In this document: positions 12,441-25,931 of the stretch, piece by piece
Layout: each line of letters begins with the position of its first letter
Numbering within the stretch: the stretch's first letter is position 1
Assembly: GCA_951406725.2 (NCBI GenBank)
Contig: OX597814.1
Coordinates: 150,164,001-150,228,000 of the forward strand
DNA: 64,000 bases
Origin: Octopus vulgaris
Taxonomy: Eukaryota
Direction: 5' to 3'
Notes under the pieces: generated by a model
Told to the model about the DNA's origin: nothing
Seen by the model: only the letters and a program-made list of their open reading frames with translations
Databases searched by the model: none
Position numbers and translations under genes: made by a program

Positions 12441-14086
12441 AACCGGCCACACATGAAACAAAAACAAAAATGTAGGAAAACAAACACAGAAAAAATAAGT
12501 TAAGTCAAACTCCCAAAGATTATGAAAACCATAAAAGCATTCAACCAAATACAAAAACCACAATATACAAATACCAACAACAAACTAAACACACACACAC
12601 ACACACATATATAACATGACATATTGAAGAGAAATCAATAAAGAAAATAAAAGAATAAAAGAACGTTATTCGATCAATGAACAAGAATCATCTTTGGAAA
12701 GACTTTTTCCTCGAGGTACAAATGAATGAACGTTTCTATGAAATAATGAATAAGGACGCGCAAGAAACTCTGTTTATAGCAAATTGAATTATCTAATTTA
12801 TTCAATAGCAATAGCAATATGGAGGGAAACTGGACTTGATTCTAATAGGGACAGATCTTCAACCAAACCGTACGCCCCCTATACCAAAATAGAAAGAAAA
12901 ATGGAACAGAAATTGAGACAGAAGAAAAGATGTATTCTTACTTAGCAAACGAGAAAAGGCAGGATCCGACATGAAGAAGAAAACAAATAGATCTAAATGC
13001 TATAAAAGTACATTATCATTGAAAAAGAAGATATTGAAAGTTGAAGAAATATGTAAAGGAAGTATAGCAAGAAAAACATGCATATAATAAAATGCTCTGA
13101 AAAAAAAAAAGCAAAAAAAAAAAAAATCGAAGAGAGTCTTTCAGTTGAATAAATTATTTCAATCAAATACCGAAATTTTTACTGAGACACAAGCAACAAA
13201 AAAAGAAAGAAAGAAAAATGAAAAAGACTATAGTAAGTAGCAATAATTAAAATAAAGGTGTGTATGTATAATTATATTTAACATGTTGTTCATGTGCAGT
13301 CAAACACGGAAAGACTTCCACGGTAGAAACTATCTTAGGAGAGAAATTGTCCATAATAGACGGTGTGTGAGAAAACTTACCTAATTGTGCAATGAATGGC
13401 GTTGTCGGAACGTGTTAAATGTCACTGTACAGTTTTATTTTAATCATCGCTCCTTACTGTGCCTCTAATTAATTAATCAATGAATTGATTAATTAATTCC
13501 AGCTTGACTAAGCTTTACTCACAGTAGCAAATTTATTATATACTGTTCTTAGTGGGCTATGACGAGAGATTTGTGCAGTACAATAAGTCCTGTAGTCTGA
13601 TAACGTCATTCATAACCCAGGCAGTTTTTGCAGCGAAAGGTTTTCCACGTTTGAGTGTACATGAAGTGCGCGAACGTGTGAATTAAGATGTGTTAAATAT
13701 AACTGTACATAGTTTTAAAAAGACTTTTACATTGGAAGATACACCAGTATCAACAAAAATTCTGGTATACTGGAAGAAAATAGGGAGCAAGGACAACACA
13801 TTAAAAATATACGATGAAGGGAAGAGGAAAATATAATATGATTCACTTTAACTGACAAGGTACTTACCAACACAATGAGAACTGCAAGTGGTTGGTAAGC
13901 ACTAAGGAATGACATGGTCCCCCATTTCTGATTCAAGCAGCTCACCAAGACTTGTAGCTATATGGTAGCAGCATTCATTTAAATTATAAACAAAATACTA
14001 TCAACATCTGATCAACTGCTGGAGGGAAAATCTATATTAATTAGCTAAAAACAAAAATCCCAGAGCTACAAAGTTATGATTTATAA

Positions 14087-14337
14087 CAATGGTTCTCAAC
14101 CGCGGTCCGTATGACCCTTGGGGCTCCATATAAGATTTTTATAAATTTATGCGCAATAAATTGGTTATACGTGTACAATACACAAAATATTTTAGCAATT
14201 TTGTTAATACAATTCATAAAAGCGTTTACTTGTAAAAATATGATAGGATTTTTTAAGCATCGAATACTTATGAGAGTCCAACTGAATAAAACATGAATCA
14301 AAGGGGTCCACAGGTAAAAAATGATTGAGAGCCGCTG
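14087..14337. mobile_element. hAT-type MITE
   Basis: TIRs caatggttctcaa / ttgagagccgctg; 8-bp TSD atttataa / atttatag. Confidence 0.8.
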
Positions 14338-14620
14338 ATTTATAGCATGGTTATTAATAATATAAAAAGCTCTTACATCCTTACTGTACAATTGCTTGAT
14401 TCCACATATGGAGAGTAATATACAATATGTTACCAGAGGACCAGAAGGGTTCCTGGAAAGGATTACACGATTGCAAATAAATAGTGGAGAACTGAACAAT
14501 TATACGACGATGATTTGTATGTTCATTCTCTATTGAGTTCCAGAAGATTCAACCGTGAATATGCTAATCCTGTTGTGTTTTGTCGTTGCTGAACAACTTC
14601 TTTTAGGCAAACGTATTGAA

Positions 14621-15175
14621 AACACACTCGATTCATTAGCGTAAGGAGGTTTTGTAACACACGGTGTAAACCTTTGATTGACCGGACACAACGATGTCGA
14701 AACAGCAGGTGTCCCAAAGTTATCTTACGCTAATGAATCGAGAGTATTATGAACACACATTCGTCTGAAAAGAGTTGTTCTATGACAAAACGTAGCAGCA
14801 ATTAACATATTCATGTTTGAAATCTGCTGGAAAGTATAAAGAATGAATATGGAAATTTTCGTTTTGATTTTCGCAGTTCATTGTGGAAACGACGATTTTT
14901 TCTATCGGTTGACTGATATCAGCATGCATCAGTAAATAATTTGCGGAATTATAAACATGAACTACAAACACTTGTTTGATTCATTAGTCCGTGCATCTTA
15001 CACTAATGAGCTGAATGTTATGAACACACATTCGTCTGAAAGGGGAATATTTCCTCCAATGACGAAATACAACAGCAATTAGTACGTTCACTTTCGAATC
15101 TGCGAGAACATATTAAGAACGAATCGTCGAATCATCGTTTTGTCTCTTGTTCTTCATCGTGCACATGACGATTTA
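14621..15175. repeat. Diverged direct duplication (~273-bp offset) with a small inverted repeat
   Basis: tcttac(g/a)ctaatga...ttatgaacacacattcgtctgaaa starts at ~14723 and ~14996. ctcgattcattagcgtaag (~14627) is the reverse complement of cttacgctaatgaatcgag (~14724). Confidence 0.7.
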
Positions 15176-15189
15176 TTAACAATTATAAA

Positions 15190-17073
15190 AGACGGTAAAA
15201 AACAAATATGAAAACACACCTTAAAAAGACTTGAATTGACTATGGAAAGCTATTTGAAAACATTTGACACTTTGATACTGAAAAATAAACTCTATATTGA
15301 TAAAGCAATACCATGCCATAAAATGAAAAACAACGATATTATTACAAAACAAGGTGTAAATAATTAAAACTAACCTTGTACCCACCAGAGGAGAAATCTT
15401 CCAAGGGGATTAGTTATTCCCTCCCACTCTTTTGCTTAACTCTCCTTTAACAAACCTGTTTATTAAACCAGCACTGGGTAGATATGCTTTGGGAAAATTA
15501 TAAACCATCACGTCTACATAGATGACATGAAATTATTTATAGGTTATGGTATCAGATGCAAATGGCTCCAAAAACTTTTCATAGATTCAACCAAGACAGG
15601 AAAATAAGCATAGAATTAGACATGCATCAAAGCTATTATAAGAAGTGGAGAACGACCTTAGAACTGACGATATTAAGCACCAAAGTCAGAGAATTAGAGC
15701 TGAACCAATCATATAGATACTTAGGAAGGGTACGTATTTATAAAACACAAAACAGAGAAGTTAAGGTGAAGAACTATCAATCATCATCATCTATCTGTCT
15801 GTTAATCTGTATATATACAGGGTACGATGGGTAAATTGTCACCCTTTTATATTTTTAATTTCGCACATGCGCATTTTTTGTTTTTTATTTTGTCGACTAC
15901 ACAGTATAGTAGGGTCAGTTGGGCACCGTCTGTGAGAAAAACAACAGCATGACGCAATTCACTCTGCCAGAAATTTGGAAATGACATGCTGTACTACTTG
16001 GCTTTGCACCGAGAACAGTGCAGAGGATTCAGAAAGAATTGGATGACCCTAATGCTGATTACGAAGGTACAGCAGCTCGTAAAGCTCATTTTGATCGTTT
16101 TGATTAGAAAAGAACTCCTGAATTTGTTGGTGAGATCCAGGCCATGATTGACAACGATTCCTCCAAGTCAATCAGATCCGTCGCCAGGGACATGGGAGTG
16201 TCCGAATTTGTTATCAGGCAGGTAGTGCATGAAGATATTCGGTATTTCTCATACAAGATGAAAAAGGACCAATTTTTATCCTAAGCCATCAAGGACAAGA
16301 GAAAAGACTGCGCTTCAAAGCTTTCGAACGAACTCAAACATCCCCTCCAACCGAACACGCTTTCGTTTTTCTCAGACGAGAAAAATTCCTGCCAGGATCA
16401 GAGTATGAACACAGGACAACCGTTGGCTTGCCGTGTCCCCAAAACATGTACTGAGAGTGATAAAAATCATACATCCAGCCAAGATCATGGTGTTTAGAGT
16501 GATGGCGACGTTATGTCTCATTCATCTTCCCACACGGCCTCAGACTCAACACGGAGGCCTATGTCAAGTGTCTGGATAAGGTAGTGCTTCCCTGGGTCAA
16601 GAGGGTGGCTGCTGGAAGACACTGTGTCTAGCAACAGGGCTCTGCACTTTGCCACACAAGCAAGAGAACACAGTCATGGCTGTCAGACAATTTCTGCGAC
16701 CACATCACCCCTAACATCTGGCTACATAACTCCTCAGACTGCAACCCCTTTGATTATTATGTGTGGGGCGCAGTTGAGCGAGGGACCAATAAAACTCCTT
16801 GTAACACCAAAGATGAACTGAAGACAAGGATTATGGCAGCATTCACCAATTTAAACTAGGAGACCGTCCAGAAGAGTTGCAGGAGATTCCGAAGTTGCCT
16901 GGAAGCCGTGGTTGAAGCCAATAGTGATTTACTCTTAAGTATTTCAAGATATTTTTATGTAATTTTAGTAAATACATCTGTTCAAATGACATGTCAGTGT
17001 TATTTTCATTTTTGCGTAATTCAGAGGACAATTTATTCACTGCACCCTATATATATATATATATATGTGTGTG

Positions 17074-17168
<95 letters not shown>

Positions 17169-17430
17169 GCAAAGACTGGAAATTTGATCTGCTGAAATAT
17201 AAAAATCTATATAAAAATGAAACTACTGAAAAAGGTTATGTAAAACAAAAATAAAATCAAAATAGAGGGGAAAGCTATTCCATGGCCTTTATCGCACGAA
17301 CCTCAACAGAGAGGAAGTAAACCGAAGTGAAAGCCAACAATGGCTGAAAAGTTCTAAGCTAAAAGCAGGAACACGTTTGATTCAAGCTGTACTTGGTTAA
17401 TACCTAGCCCAAAACATCTACAAAACCAGA
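15190..17430 (+). mobile_element. Decayed R4/Dong-like non-LTR retrotransposon, interrupted by the DD37D element
   Basis: Fragments IFQGD, NHHVYIDDMKL and QSYRYLG (15390-15730). After the interruption: FHGLYRTNLNREEVNRSESQQWLKSSKLKA (17275-17370). Confidence 0.6.
15818..17048 (+). mobile_element. Tc1/mariner DD37D (maT/Bmmar1-like) transposon with pseudogenised transposase
   Basis: TA flanks; degenerate TIRs cagggtacgatgggtaaattgtc / gacaatttattcactgcacccta. Translation fragments RTPEFVGEIQAMID, FFSDEK, QQ(G)SALCHTS...DCNPFDYYVWG give 37-residue spacing; several stops and frameshifts. Confidence 0.9.
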
Positions 17431-17521
17431 ATAGTAACGGAAGGGGAAAGCATCAAACAAAGACAATGAGCTGCCCACAGAAAAGCAAAATGGATATAGT
17501 TTACTAAGATAGGTGAAAGAG

Positions 17522-18098
17522 CTGGCAGAAACGTTAGCACGCCGGCCGAAATGCTTAGCGGTATTTCGTCTGTCGTTATGTTGTGAGTTCAAATTCCGCC
17601 GAGGTCGACTTTGCCTTTCATCCTTTCGGGGTCGATTTAATAAGTACCAGTTACGCATTGGGTTCGATATAATCGACTTAATCCGTTTGTCTGTCCTTGT
17701 TTGTTCTCTCTGTGTTTAGCCCCTTGGGGGTAATAAAGAAATAGGTATTTCGTCTGTCGTTACGTCCTGAGTTCAAATTCCGCCGAGGTCGACTTTGCTT
17801 TTCCTCCTTTCGGGGTCGATAAAATAAGTACCAGTTACGCACTGGGGTCGATATAATCGACTTAATCCGTTTATCTGTCCTTGTTTGTCCTCTCTGTGTT
17901 TAGCTCCTTGTGGGTAGTAAAGAAAGAGGTATTGTGTCTGCCGTTACGTTCTGAGTTCAAATTCCGCCGAGGTCGACTTTGCTTTTCATCCTTTCGGGGT
18001 CGATAAATTACGCACTGGGGTCGATGTAATCGACTTAATCCCTTTATCTGTCCTTGTTTGTCCCTTCTATGTTTAGCCCCTTCTGGGCAATAAAGAAA
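17522..18098 (+). mobile_element. SINE family B trimer (three ~180-bp units with Tx1-type tails)
   Basis: Three repeats of gagttcaaattccgccgaggtcgactttgc...tgtccttgtttgt...aaagaaa, flanked by the 17-bp TSD taagataggtgaaagag (17505-17521, 18099-18115). Confidence 0.9.
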
Positions 18099-19444
18099 TA
18101 AGATAGGTGAAAGAGAAAGGAAACTATTATAAAGTGATGTAGATCAGATCTAAAAATAGGTAAGTGGGAGATTGACAGCGTAGAAGGTAGAGAAGAAACG
18201 AGCAACCTGTGAGACAGGTAATCAAGCAAGGTAACAGTGAAGTATAGACAGAAATAGAAGCATGACACAGAAAACATAACGCAAGTAAGAGTGGGGAGAT
18301 GAAAGGAATAGAAACATATATTGATGACCGAGAGACGGAATTATGTAATGTGATAATCGACACATACAGAGTGGGAGAATGTTTGAGATAAAGAGGGAGG
18401 GAGAAAAACATTGATGCGTAATATCGAAGTGTGGGGTTGAGAAATGAAGAGGCGGAGGCAGCTGATTTTGAAGAAGAGATAAAAAGCCATGCCAATGTAT
18501 ATGAGGCCAGAAACGAAGAGAAGGGATGATGAGTGGATCAATGAAAATAGTGAAGGAGAGTGAGTGATGATAATAAAAAAAGAAGAAAGAATATGAATGA
18601 CTGAAAGAAGAGAAAAAAAGGCAAAACTTCAGAAAAAATAAATAATCGGTACTCACAGAAACACTGACGACAACCTGAAGGTATGATAGTTTGTGACAGA
18701 CTGAGACCAGAAGCGAATCTACTCCACACTACAAATGCATCCGCATACACATGTGCATACGCTTGTTTTCTACTTTCTATCTACTCTCTGTTCTGAGAGG
18801 TCAAATGGAAACTAAAGCAGAGAGGTATTAAGCGGACATTCGGCATTTATAATTAACAGAAAGCGTCCTTTAAGATCACAACCTGCCATTCTAAAGAACA
18901 AAGGACTCATTGGATAATTTATTTCTGAATATACCAAACATAGTAATGAGTCCGGCTGGAATGTTCTTTGACCTTAGGTATACTTGATCAGCACTGTTCT
19001 GCAGTTAAACAACGTCATCAACAACATCGCTGCCTACTTTCTGTATCTTTTCAAGACAATCTTTGTTAATATTAAACAGATTTCACTTTATCAAACTGTA
19101 ATTGCTTTCACGTTATTAAAAAAAATCTGTTCAATATCTAATGTGCTGTTGTTGTTGTTGCTGACTTGTCTTTTTTTTATGCTGTTGTTGGATTATTTTT
19201 CATCGAAATCGTCTACAACACAGAAAATGATAATTAAAAAAAAATCGAAAAGAATAATTAAACAGCAAAAACTAACTCTATAGAAATACAAATTTCCTAA
19301 TTCAACAACATCCTCGATGAAAAAATCATGCAGACCGCCAAAGTGAAAATAGCTATAGTTTGAGAAAATGAAAATGATCCACTATTAAAAATAGACCAGC
19401 TTGCAAATCATAATTCTCCAATACTTTTCGTATACACCACTTCC

Positions 19445-19485
<41 letters not shown>

Positions 19486-19564
19486 TACATATATATATAT
19501 TGATAAAAATGGCAAGACAACAAAAGAATGAAAGAGACTTCGATATTATGTAAATAGAGGAATT

Positions 19565-19783
19565 TATCTGTAAATGTAGTATGTGACAATTATTCGGTAG
19601 CCATGATAAAACTCCGAGTTTCGGATGCCGGACTGGAAATCCATGCCGCCATCTCTTCAGTTATCTGGCCAATTTTTCCGATGGCCGGATAACTGAAGAG
19701 ATAGCGGCGTGGATTTCCACCCCGCCATCCGAAACTCGGAGTTTTATCATGGCTACCGAATAATTGTCACATACTACATTTAC

Positions 19784-19788
<5 letters not shown>
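19565..19788. repeat. ~107-bp-arm hairpin made of two inverted PLE-type termini
   Basis: 19565-19671 is the reverse complement of 19682-19788 with a 10-nt loop; abuts a (TA)n run. Confidence 0.9.
19688..19748 (+). ncRNA. Minimal type I hammerhead ribozyme motif (inverted twin at 19605-19665 on the - strand)
   Basis: gataa-CTGAAGA-[stem II gatagcgg...ccgccatc c]-GAAA-ctcggag-TT-ttatc: 5-bp stem I, near-palindromic stem III, GUU triplet, one extra base at the foot of stem II. Confidence 0.65.
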
Positions 19789-19822
<34 letters not shown>

Positions 19823-19832
19823 ATATATATAT

Positions 19833-21370
19833 GAATTCTCCTGCTCTGTCTGTAACGCTTCCGTTAACTTAGAAATTTCCCTTACCATCACTCACTCCTC
19901 TCTTATCACCTCCATCCATTACAAACCCACACACTCCTGCTCCTACTTCAACGTCTTATCCTCCCACGCCACCCACACCAAACTGTCCATCCCCTACTTT
20001 CAGTTGTTCTTCCGCATCGGTTGGCTCTGTAGTGATGAACATGAGACACACTTCCAACTCACAGCTCGCTTCTTCACCCGACGGGTATACACCCTTGCTG
20101 TTATCCAAACCACTCTTGCCTGCGCCCGGTCTGTTGCTTGTTCATCCGCCCTCTCTCCCGCGCCCGCTCTCTACATATGCTTCCCTTCCCCTGCATATTA
20201 TCCCTACCCCTCCAATGTACTATTTTGACGCGCTCCCACCAACTCCTATCTATCCCCACTTCCCACATCGTCGCCAACCTACCCATCTCCAAACGAGCCT
20301 TCAACTTAAGTGACTAGTAGCTTTCGCCTCCCCTTTGGTACTCAACCTAGCTCCTTCCCTTGCTCTCGTATACACTGTCTCTTCCTCTCTAACACCACCG
20401 CCCTCACCGGTACCGACAACCGCCCCTACCATATCATCGATTAGCAACTTGATGTACTGCATCCCCTGCTCGCTTTGCCCCTCCCTGTAGATTGGACAAA
20501 CCGGAGGGCATCTAGCTGACCATTTAGTCCAGTGGTTCTAGACCTTTTTTAGGCTGCCACCCCTTGACACCCAGGTTACATTCCTAGCGCCCCTATGCCA
20601 ACTAAGCATCACAAACATAGACCCCTTTCTGGAGCAAATTCAAAGCAACTGCATTTTGAAAATAAAGTTTAACTTAACGAACCCATTATTTTGTTGTTTT
20701 TACATGAATTGCCACCCCATTATCGCCCCAATTTTCACACGAAACGCTACCCCATCATCGGAAATACTGCCCACTTTGAGAACAACTGATTTAGTTGAAC
20801 ATATTCGGAGCGTCAGATTCGGTAATGACACCCAGGTCTCGTACCATTTCCGCTTGACATATCATTTTCTGTAACATTTGTCTTCAGACTAGTTTTCACC
20901 ACAGGCTACCCAGACTCCTGCCTCCGTCTAGAGCAGGAATCGATTTTATCTCTCCGTACTTCAGTCCTTCGCATTCTAAATTCTCCGCCCCTTTATTTAA
21001 ACCTCTCTTCCACACATTTACACAAGCCATATACTTCTTACCTTTCTACCGCTCCCTCTATTTCTTCCCCCACACCTTTTAACTTATGCACACCATGTAC
21101 ACCATTTACGTTCAAACAGCATATACATAAACCTATACACCCACACGCATGGACGTACGCATGCACACTTCTTCCTACTCCAGATACATTAATATCCGCA
21201 CTTACATATCTATCTTGCAATGATAGTCTGAGACACGTTTGTCCTTTTCTCTCTGTTTTTCTCTCGTCATCTATCCTTTCCGCAGAGAAGCGTATGCTCG
21301 AAACGTTAAAGATTTCAAATTTTCCTGAGCGTAAACTAATTAAACCCAAAGTGTTTGTTCTTTTTAACTC
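19833..21370 (+). mobile_element. Decayed Penelope-like element (Neptune/Poseidon-type RT thumb plus GIY-YIG)
   Basis: TSIHYKPTHSCSYFNVLSSHATHTKLSIPYFQ; SNLMYCIPCSLCPSL*IGQTGGHLADH..EHIRSVR; degenerate hammerhead-like ...gctcGAAAcgtta near 21280-21312. Confidence 0.8.
20530..20788. mobile_element. hAT-type MITE nested in the PLE GIY-YIG region
   Basis: TIRs cagtggttct / agaacaactg; 8-bp TSD atttagtc / atttagtt. Confidence 0.8.
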
Positions 21371-21747
21371 GTCTCCTTGTTTATTTATTTATTTATTTTT
21401 GCTAGACACCACCCACTCCCAATCACACACTTATTGACATTTGCCAATCTTCTCTTGATGAGTGGGCCGAATTTGTAATATTTTCATGAGACTCTTGTAA
21501 TATCTTCATGTGACTGCTTACCACATACCTATGACTTTTACACATTTCATCTGTAAATTATGATTATTATGTAATTCTGGGCTTCTTGAAACAGCAGTCG
21601 AGGTAAGGTGAGAAATTACATATTTTATTTGGTATTTTTTCTGGTACTCTATGTAAATATGTTTATATCATATATCATGCCTATGTTTATCTCTATTACT
21701 ACCTACCTCTCCTCTATCTCCCTCTTTCTTCCCCTCTTTTTCTCTCT

Positions 21748-21859
<112 letters not shown>

Positions 21860-22295
21860 TAGGTTAGTTGCTATACAATAACCCAGATGTTTACTACGGG
21901 AAGCATCTCTACGGAGACCGTACGGACCAATTCTCTATCTAGCAGACTAAACATACTGGGAGATTTGTCGGTTACTCAACTGATTCTGTATTCAAGGTAT
22001 CTATGAAGACAAGTGATTTATTTTCCTTATTATTTTTTATTTCCTTCTCTTTTTGTCTTTTTCTTCATAGAATTCAAAGTTTTAACATCACCTATTCGGA
22101 TCATTGCCAAATGTCTTGTATTTAAGTGAGATAACCAGCTTTTTCGTTGTATTGATTTGTCAACAGTTCTTATGAGACAATTCTATGAACAGCTACGTAC
22201 ATACATAGAATGCACGAATAGATCATTATTAACGAACATGTTTAAAAATACAATGCGGGAATAGTCACCATGGAATTACTTTTTTTTTCTTTAAA

Positions 22296-22717
22296 CTTTT
22301 TTACTTGCTTCAGTCATTTGACTGCGGCCATGCTGGAGCACCGCCTTTAGTCGAGCAAATCGATCCCAGGACTTATTCTTTGTAAGAATAGCACTTATTC
22401 CATCGGTCTCTTTTGCCGAACCGCTAAGTTCGGGGACATAAACACACCAGCATCAGTTGTCAACCGATGTTGTGTGTATGTAGGGGCGGGTGGGGGGACA
22501 AACACAGACACACAAACACACATACACACACACATACATATATATACATATATACGACGGGCTTCTTTCAGTTTCCGTCAACCAAATCCACTCACAAGGC
22601 TTTGGTCAGCCCAAGGCTATAGTAGAAGACACTTGCCCAAGGTGTCACGCAGTGGGACTGAACCCGGAACCATGTGGCTGGTAAGCAAGCTACTTACCAC
22701 ACAACCACTCCTACACC
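22296..22717 (-). mobile_element. SINE family A, full length
   Basis: Near-identical to 2937-3328. Confidence 0.9.
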
Positions 22718-22779
22718 TATATTGTCAACGATGATATGAAATATCACAAACTCCAATCTTCATTTGTATTGTGCATACA

Positions 22780-23168
22780 CGCAGGCGTGACTGTGTGATA
22801 AGAAGCTTGCTTCTCAACCACATGGTTATGGGTTCAGTCCCACTACGTGGCACCTTGGGCAAGTGTCTTCTACAATAGCCTCCGGCTGACCAAAACCTTG
22901 TGAGTGGATTTGGTAGACGGAAACTGAAAGAAGCCCGACGTATATATGTATGTATGTATGTATTTGTGTGTCTGTGTGTCTCCCCCACCATCGCGTGACA
23001 ACCGATCTTGGTGTGTTTACGTCCTCGTAACTTAGCAGTTCGGCAAAAGAAACCAATAGAATCAGTACTAGGCTTACATGAAATAAGTCCTGGGGGTCGA
23101 TTTGTTCGACTAAAGTCGGTGCTCCAGCATGGCCGCAGTCAAATGACTGAAACAGGTAAAAGAGTAAA
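22780..23168 (+). mobile_element. SINE family A, full length, inverted relative to the neighbouring copy
   Basis: cgcaggcgtgactgtgtg...gggttcagtcccact...gactgaaacaggtaaaagagtaaa. Confidence 0.9.
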
Positions 23169-23613
23169 ACAAACAAAAAAATATATAATATATACGGTTT
23201 TCTCAGTTACGTTTTCACACGCTCAGGCTTTTCTTGCTTCTATTTCAACCACTTCAGTGATATTTTTAGTTTTTCTGTATTTGGCAATTTATTTCCTTTT
23301 CCTAGCTTCTATTTTGCGCCAAGTTTTCTTCTTATTGCTCTACGAAAAAGCTGTTCTCTTTCTCTTATTCTATGTATATCTAAAATAATTTGTCCGTTAA
23401 ATCTGAGATTGATTAAACAATGGTTCCATTATTTGCACACACGTGCGCCCGCATACACACACATGGACATACACATACGCACACACACACACGCACACGC
23501 ATACGTGCGCACACACACACTCATACACACATACTCACACTCACACATATACATACATTATTGATTTGCCAAAATGAGTTGGGATAATAAAAAGTTTGAG
23601 AATAGGTGATGTG

Positions 23614-23676
<63 letters not shown>

Positions 23677-23703
23677 TAGATAGATAGATAGATAGATAGA
23701 TAT

Positions 23704-23748
<45 letters not shown>

Positions 23749-23989
23749 GATATAGATATATATGCTACAGAATTTAATTTCCTGCCTGCAGGACAAGATT
23801 ATACACACACACATACATACAAATATATATGTGTGTGTGTGTATGTACGTATGTATGTATATATATACATACACATATATATATGTTACCATGTATAATA
23901 TATATATGTATATACATATATATATATACATATAGCATGTATATGTGTATATATATATACATATACATGTGTCCCAATTTGTATTTTTT

Positions 23990-24048
<59 letters not shown>

Positions 24049-24101
24049 GTATATATATGTATCTATCTATCCATATCTGTATCTATCTATGTATCGATCT
24101 A

Positions 24102-24190
<89 letters not shown>

Positions 24191-24824
24191 GTATGTATGT
24201 ATATGTATGTATGTATGTGTGTGTATGTATGTATCGTTTCTTTAGACCTTATCCTTGTTTTTCTTTTTCTTCTTCACTTTGGTTCGTTCTCGTTATTCTC
24301 CCAAACAACTCTATTAGCATTAAGCATCTTTGACATTTATTTCTTTGACTTGCCAACTTACACACATCCACTTTTGACCGATAAGATTTCCCAACTTATA
24401 AGACCCAGATGTTTCATCTCTGCTCTTTCTGTATTTCCTTCCTTCATTTTTCTCTGTCGTTATCTTTTCTTTCTTTCTTTCTTTATTTATTTTTCTTTAT
24501 TTTATTGTTTTTTTTTTGTTTTTTTTTGTTTCTTATCCTGAAACAGTCTTGAACCATATATCGTTCTTTATAAAAAAAAAAAATAACAACAACAACAACA
24601 ACAACAAAAAGATTCTTAATATGATTTTCAGTATAAACATCGTGACTATTCTAATTTCATTCACGGTTAAGCATTCCATTCTGTCGTATTACTTTACTTA
24701 ACCTAAAAGAGGTGGGCGGGGCACACACACACCGTTTATTCTTTATATTTACATGACATTTACAATGTCACTGAAAGCAAAAAGGTGTGGCGGATTATAT
24801 TAAGTGATGTAAAACACACATGAG

Positions 24825-25070
24825 CACACACATGAGCACACACGTGCGCGCACACACGCACATACACACATGCACACACATGAGCACACACGTGCGCGCA
24901 CACACACACATACACACATGCACACACATGAGCACACACGTGCGCGCACACACACACATACACACATGCACACGCACATACACACACGTGCGCGCACACA
25001 CGCACATACACACATGCACACGCACATACACACACGTGCGCGCACACACGCACATACACACATGCACATA
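24825..25070. repeat. Minisatellite, five 48-bp CA-derived units
   Basis: The palindromic core gtgcgcgcac recurs at 24844, 24892, 24940, 24988 and 25036. Confidence 0.9.
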
Positions 25071-25522
25071 CACACACACACACACACACATGCAAAAAGC
25101 ATGTAATACTTAAATTAATTGATATAGCAATTTAGAAGTTTTTAATTTTGGTTTGGTTTTTTTGATTTGATAAAGAGGGAAGGGTTGTGGCCGTGACCTT
25201 TGCAGGGTCACCGGGACAGTGGGGGCGGAGGAGGGGGTGAAGTAGGTGTGTGAAGAGAGGAAGAAACCACGCCTTGTGGCTTGCGTTACTAAGAAGCAAC
25301 ACATGAAGATATTGATTTATTCTCAGACAAGAGGCCCGGTCCGAATGCATGCAACAGAGTGAATTCTGCTGAAGGCACCCACGTGGTGGTGGTAATGGTG
25401 GTGGTGGTGGTGGTGGCTGTGGTGGCGACAGCGGCGGCGGCGGCGGTGTTCGAAAGCCAGGAAACAAAGTTTATATTACAAGGCTAAATGTTTTGTTACT
25501 ACATTTCCTCTTTGGATACATT

Positions 25523-25622
25523 TCATCATCATCATCATCATAATCACCATCACCATCACCATCACCATCACCATCACCATCACCATCATCATCATCATCA
25601 TCACCATCACCATCATCATCAT

Positions 25623-25654
<32 letters not shown>

Positions 25655-25671
25655 TCGTCATCATCATCATC

Positions 25672-25703
<32 letters not shown>

Positions 25704-25836
25704 CATCATTACCACCACCACCACCACCACCACCACCACCACCATCATTATCATCATCATCATATCATCATCATCGTTGTCGTCGTCGTCGTCGTCATCA
25801 TCATCATCATCATCATCATCATCGTCATCATCGCCA
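25523..25836. repeat. Compound (CAT)n/(CAC)n/(CGT)n trinucleotide tract
   Basis: Directly visible; source of the poly-His and poly-Met ORFs. Confidence 0.95.
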
Positions 25837-25931
25837 TCAGCCGTTCAAGAATTTGGACCTGGAGATCTCCATTTCCAGCGACTTCGAGCGCCACCTCCCA
25901 GTGGTGTTGGGCGTCAACGAAGAGCCCTCGA
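25837..25931 (-). CDS. Candidate terminal coding exon of an unidentified minus-strand gene
   Basis: Acceptor gtcttgttgtag, then unique GC-rich sequence reading xEGSSLTPNTTGRWRSKSLEMEISRSKFLNG*. No homologue recognised and no partner exon found. Confidence 0.3.

Noticed and set aside
13374-13432. Minus-strand AG/GTAAGT donor with a short upstream exon
   Set aside because: Weak acceptor and no recognisable peptide; such motifs occur by chance.
11560-13880. Faint PLE RT-like words (LLDYTLN, ENII*F)
   Set aside because: Too decayed to delimit or classify without an HMM search.
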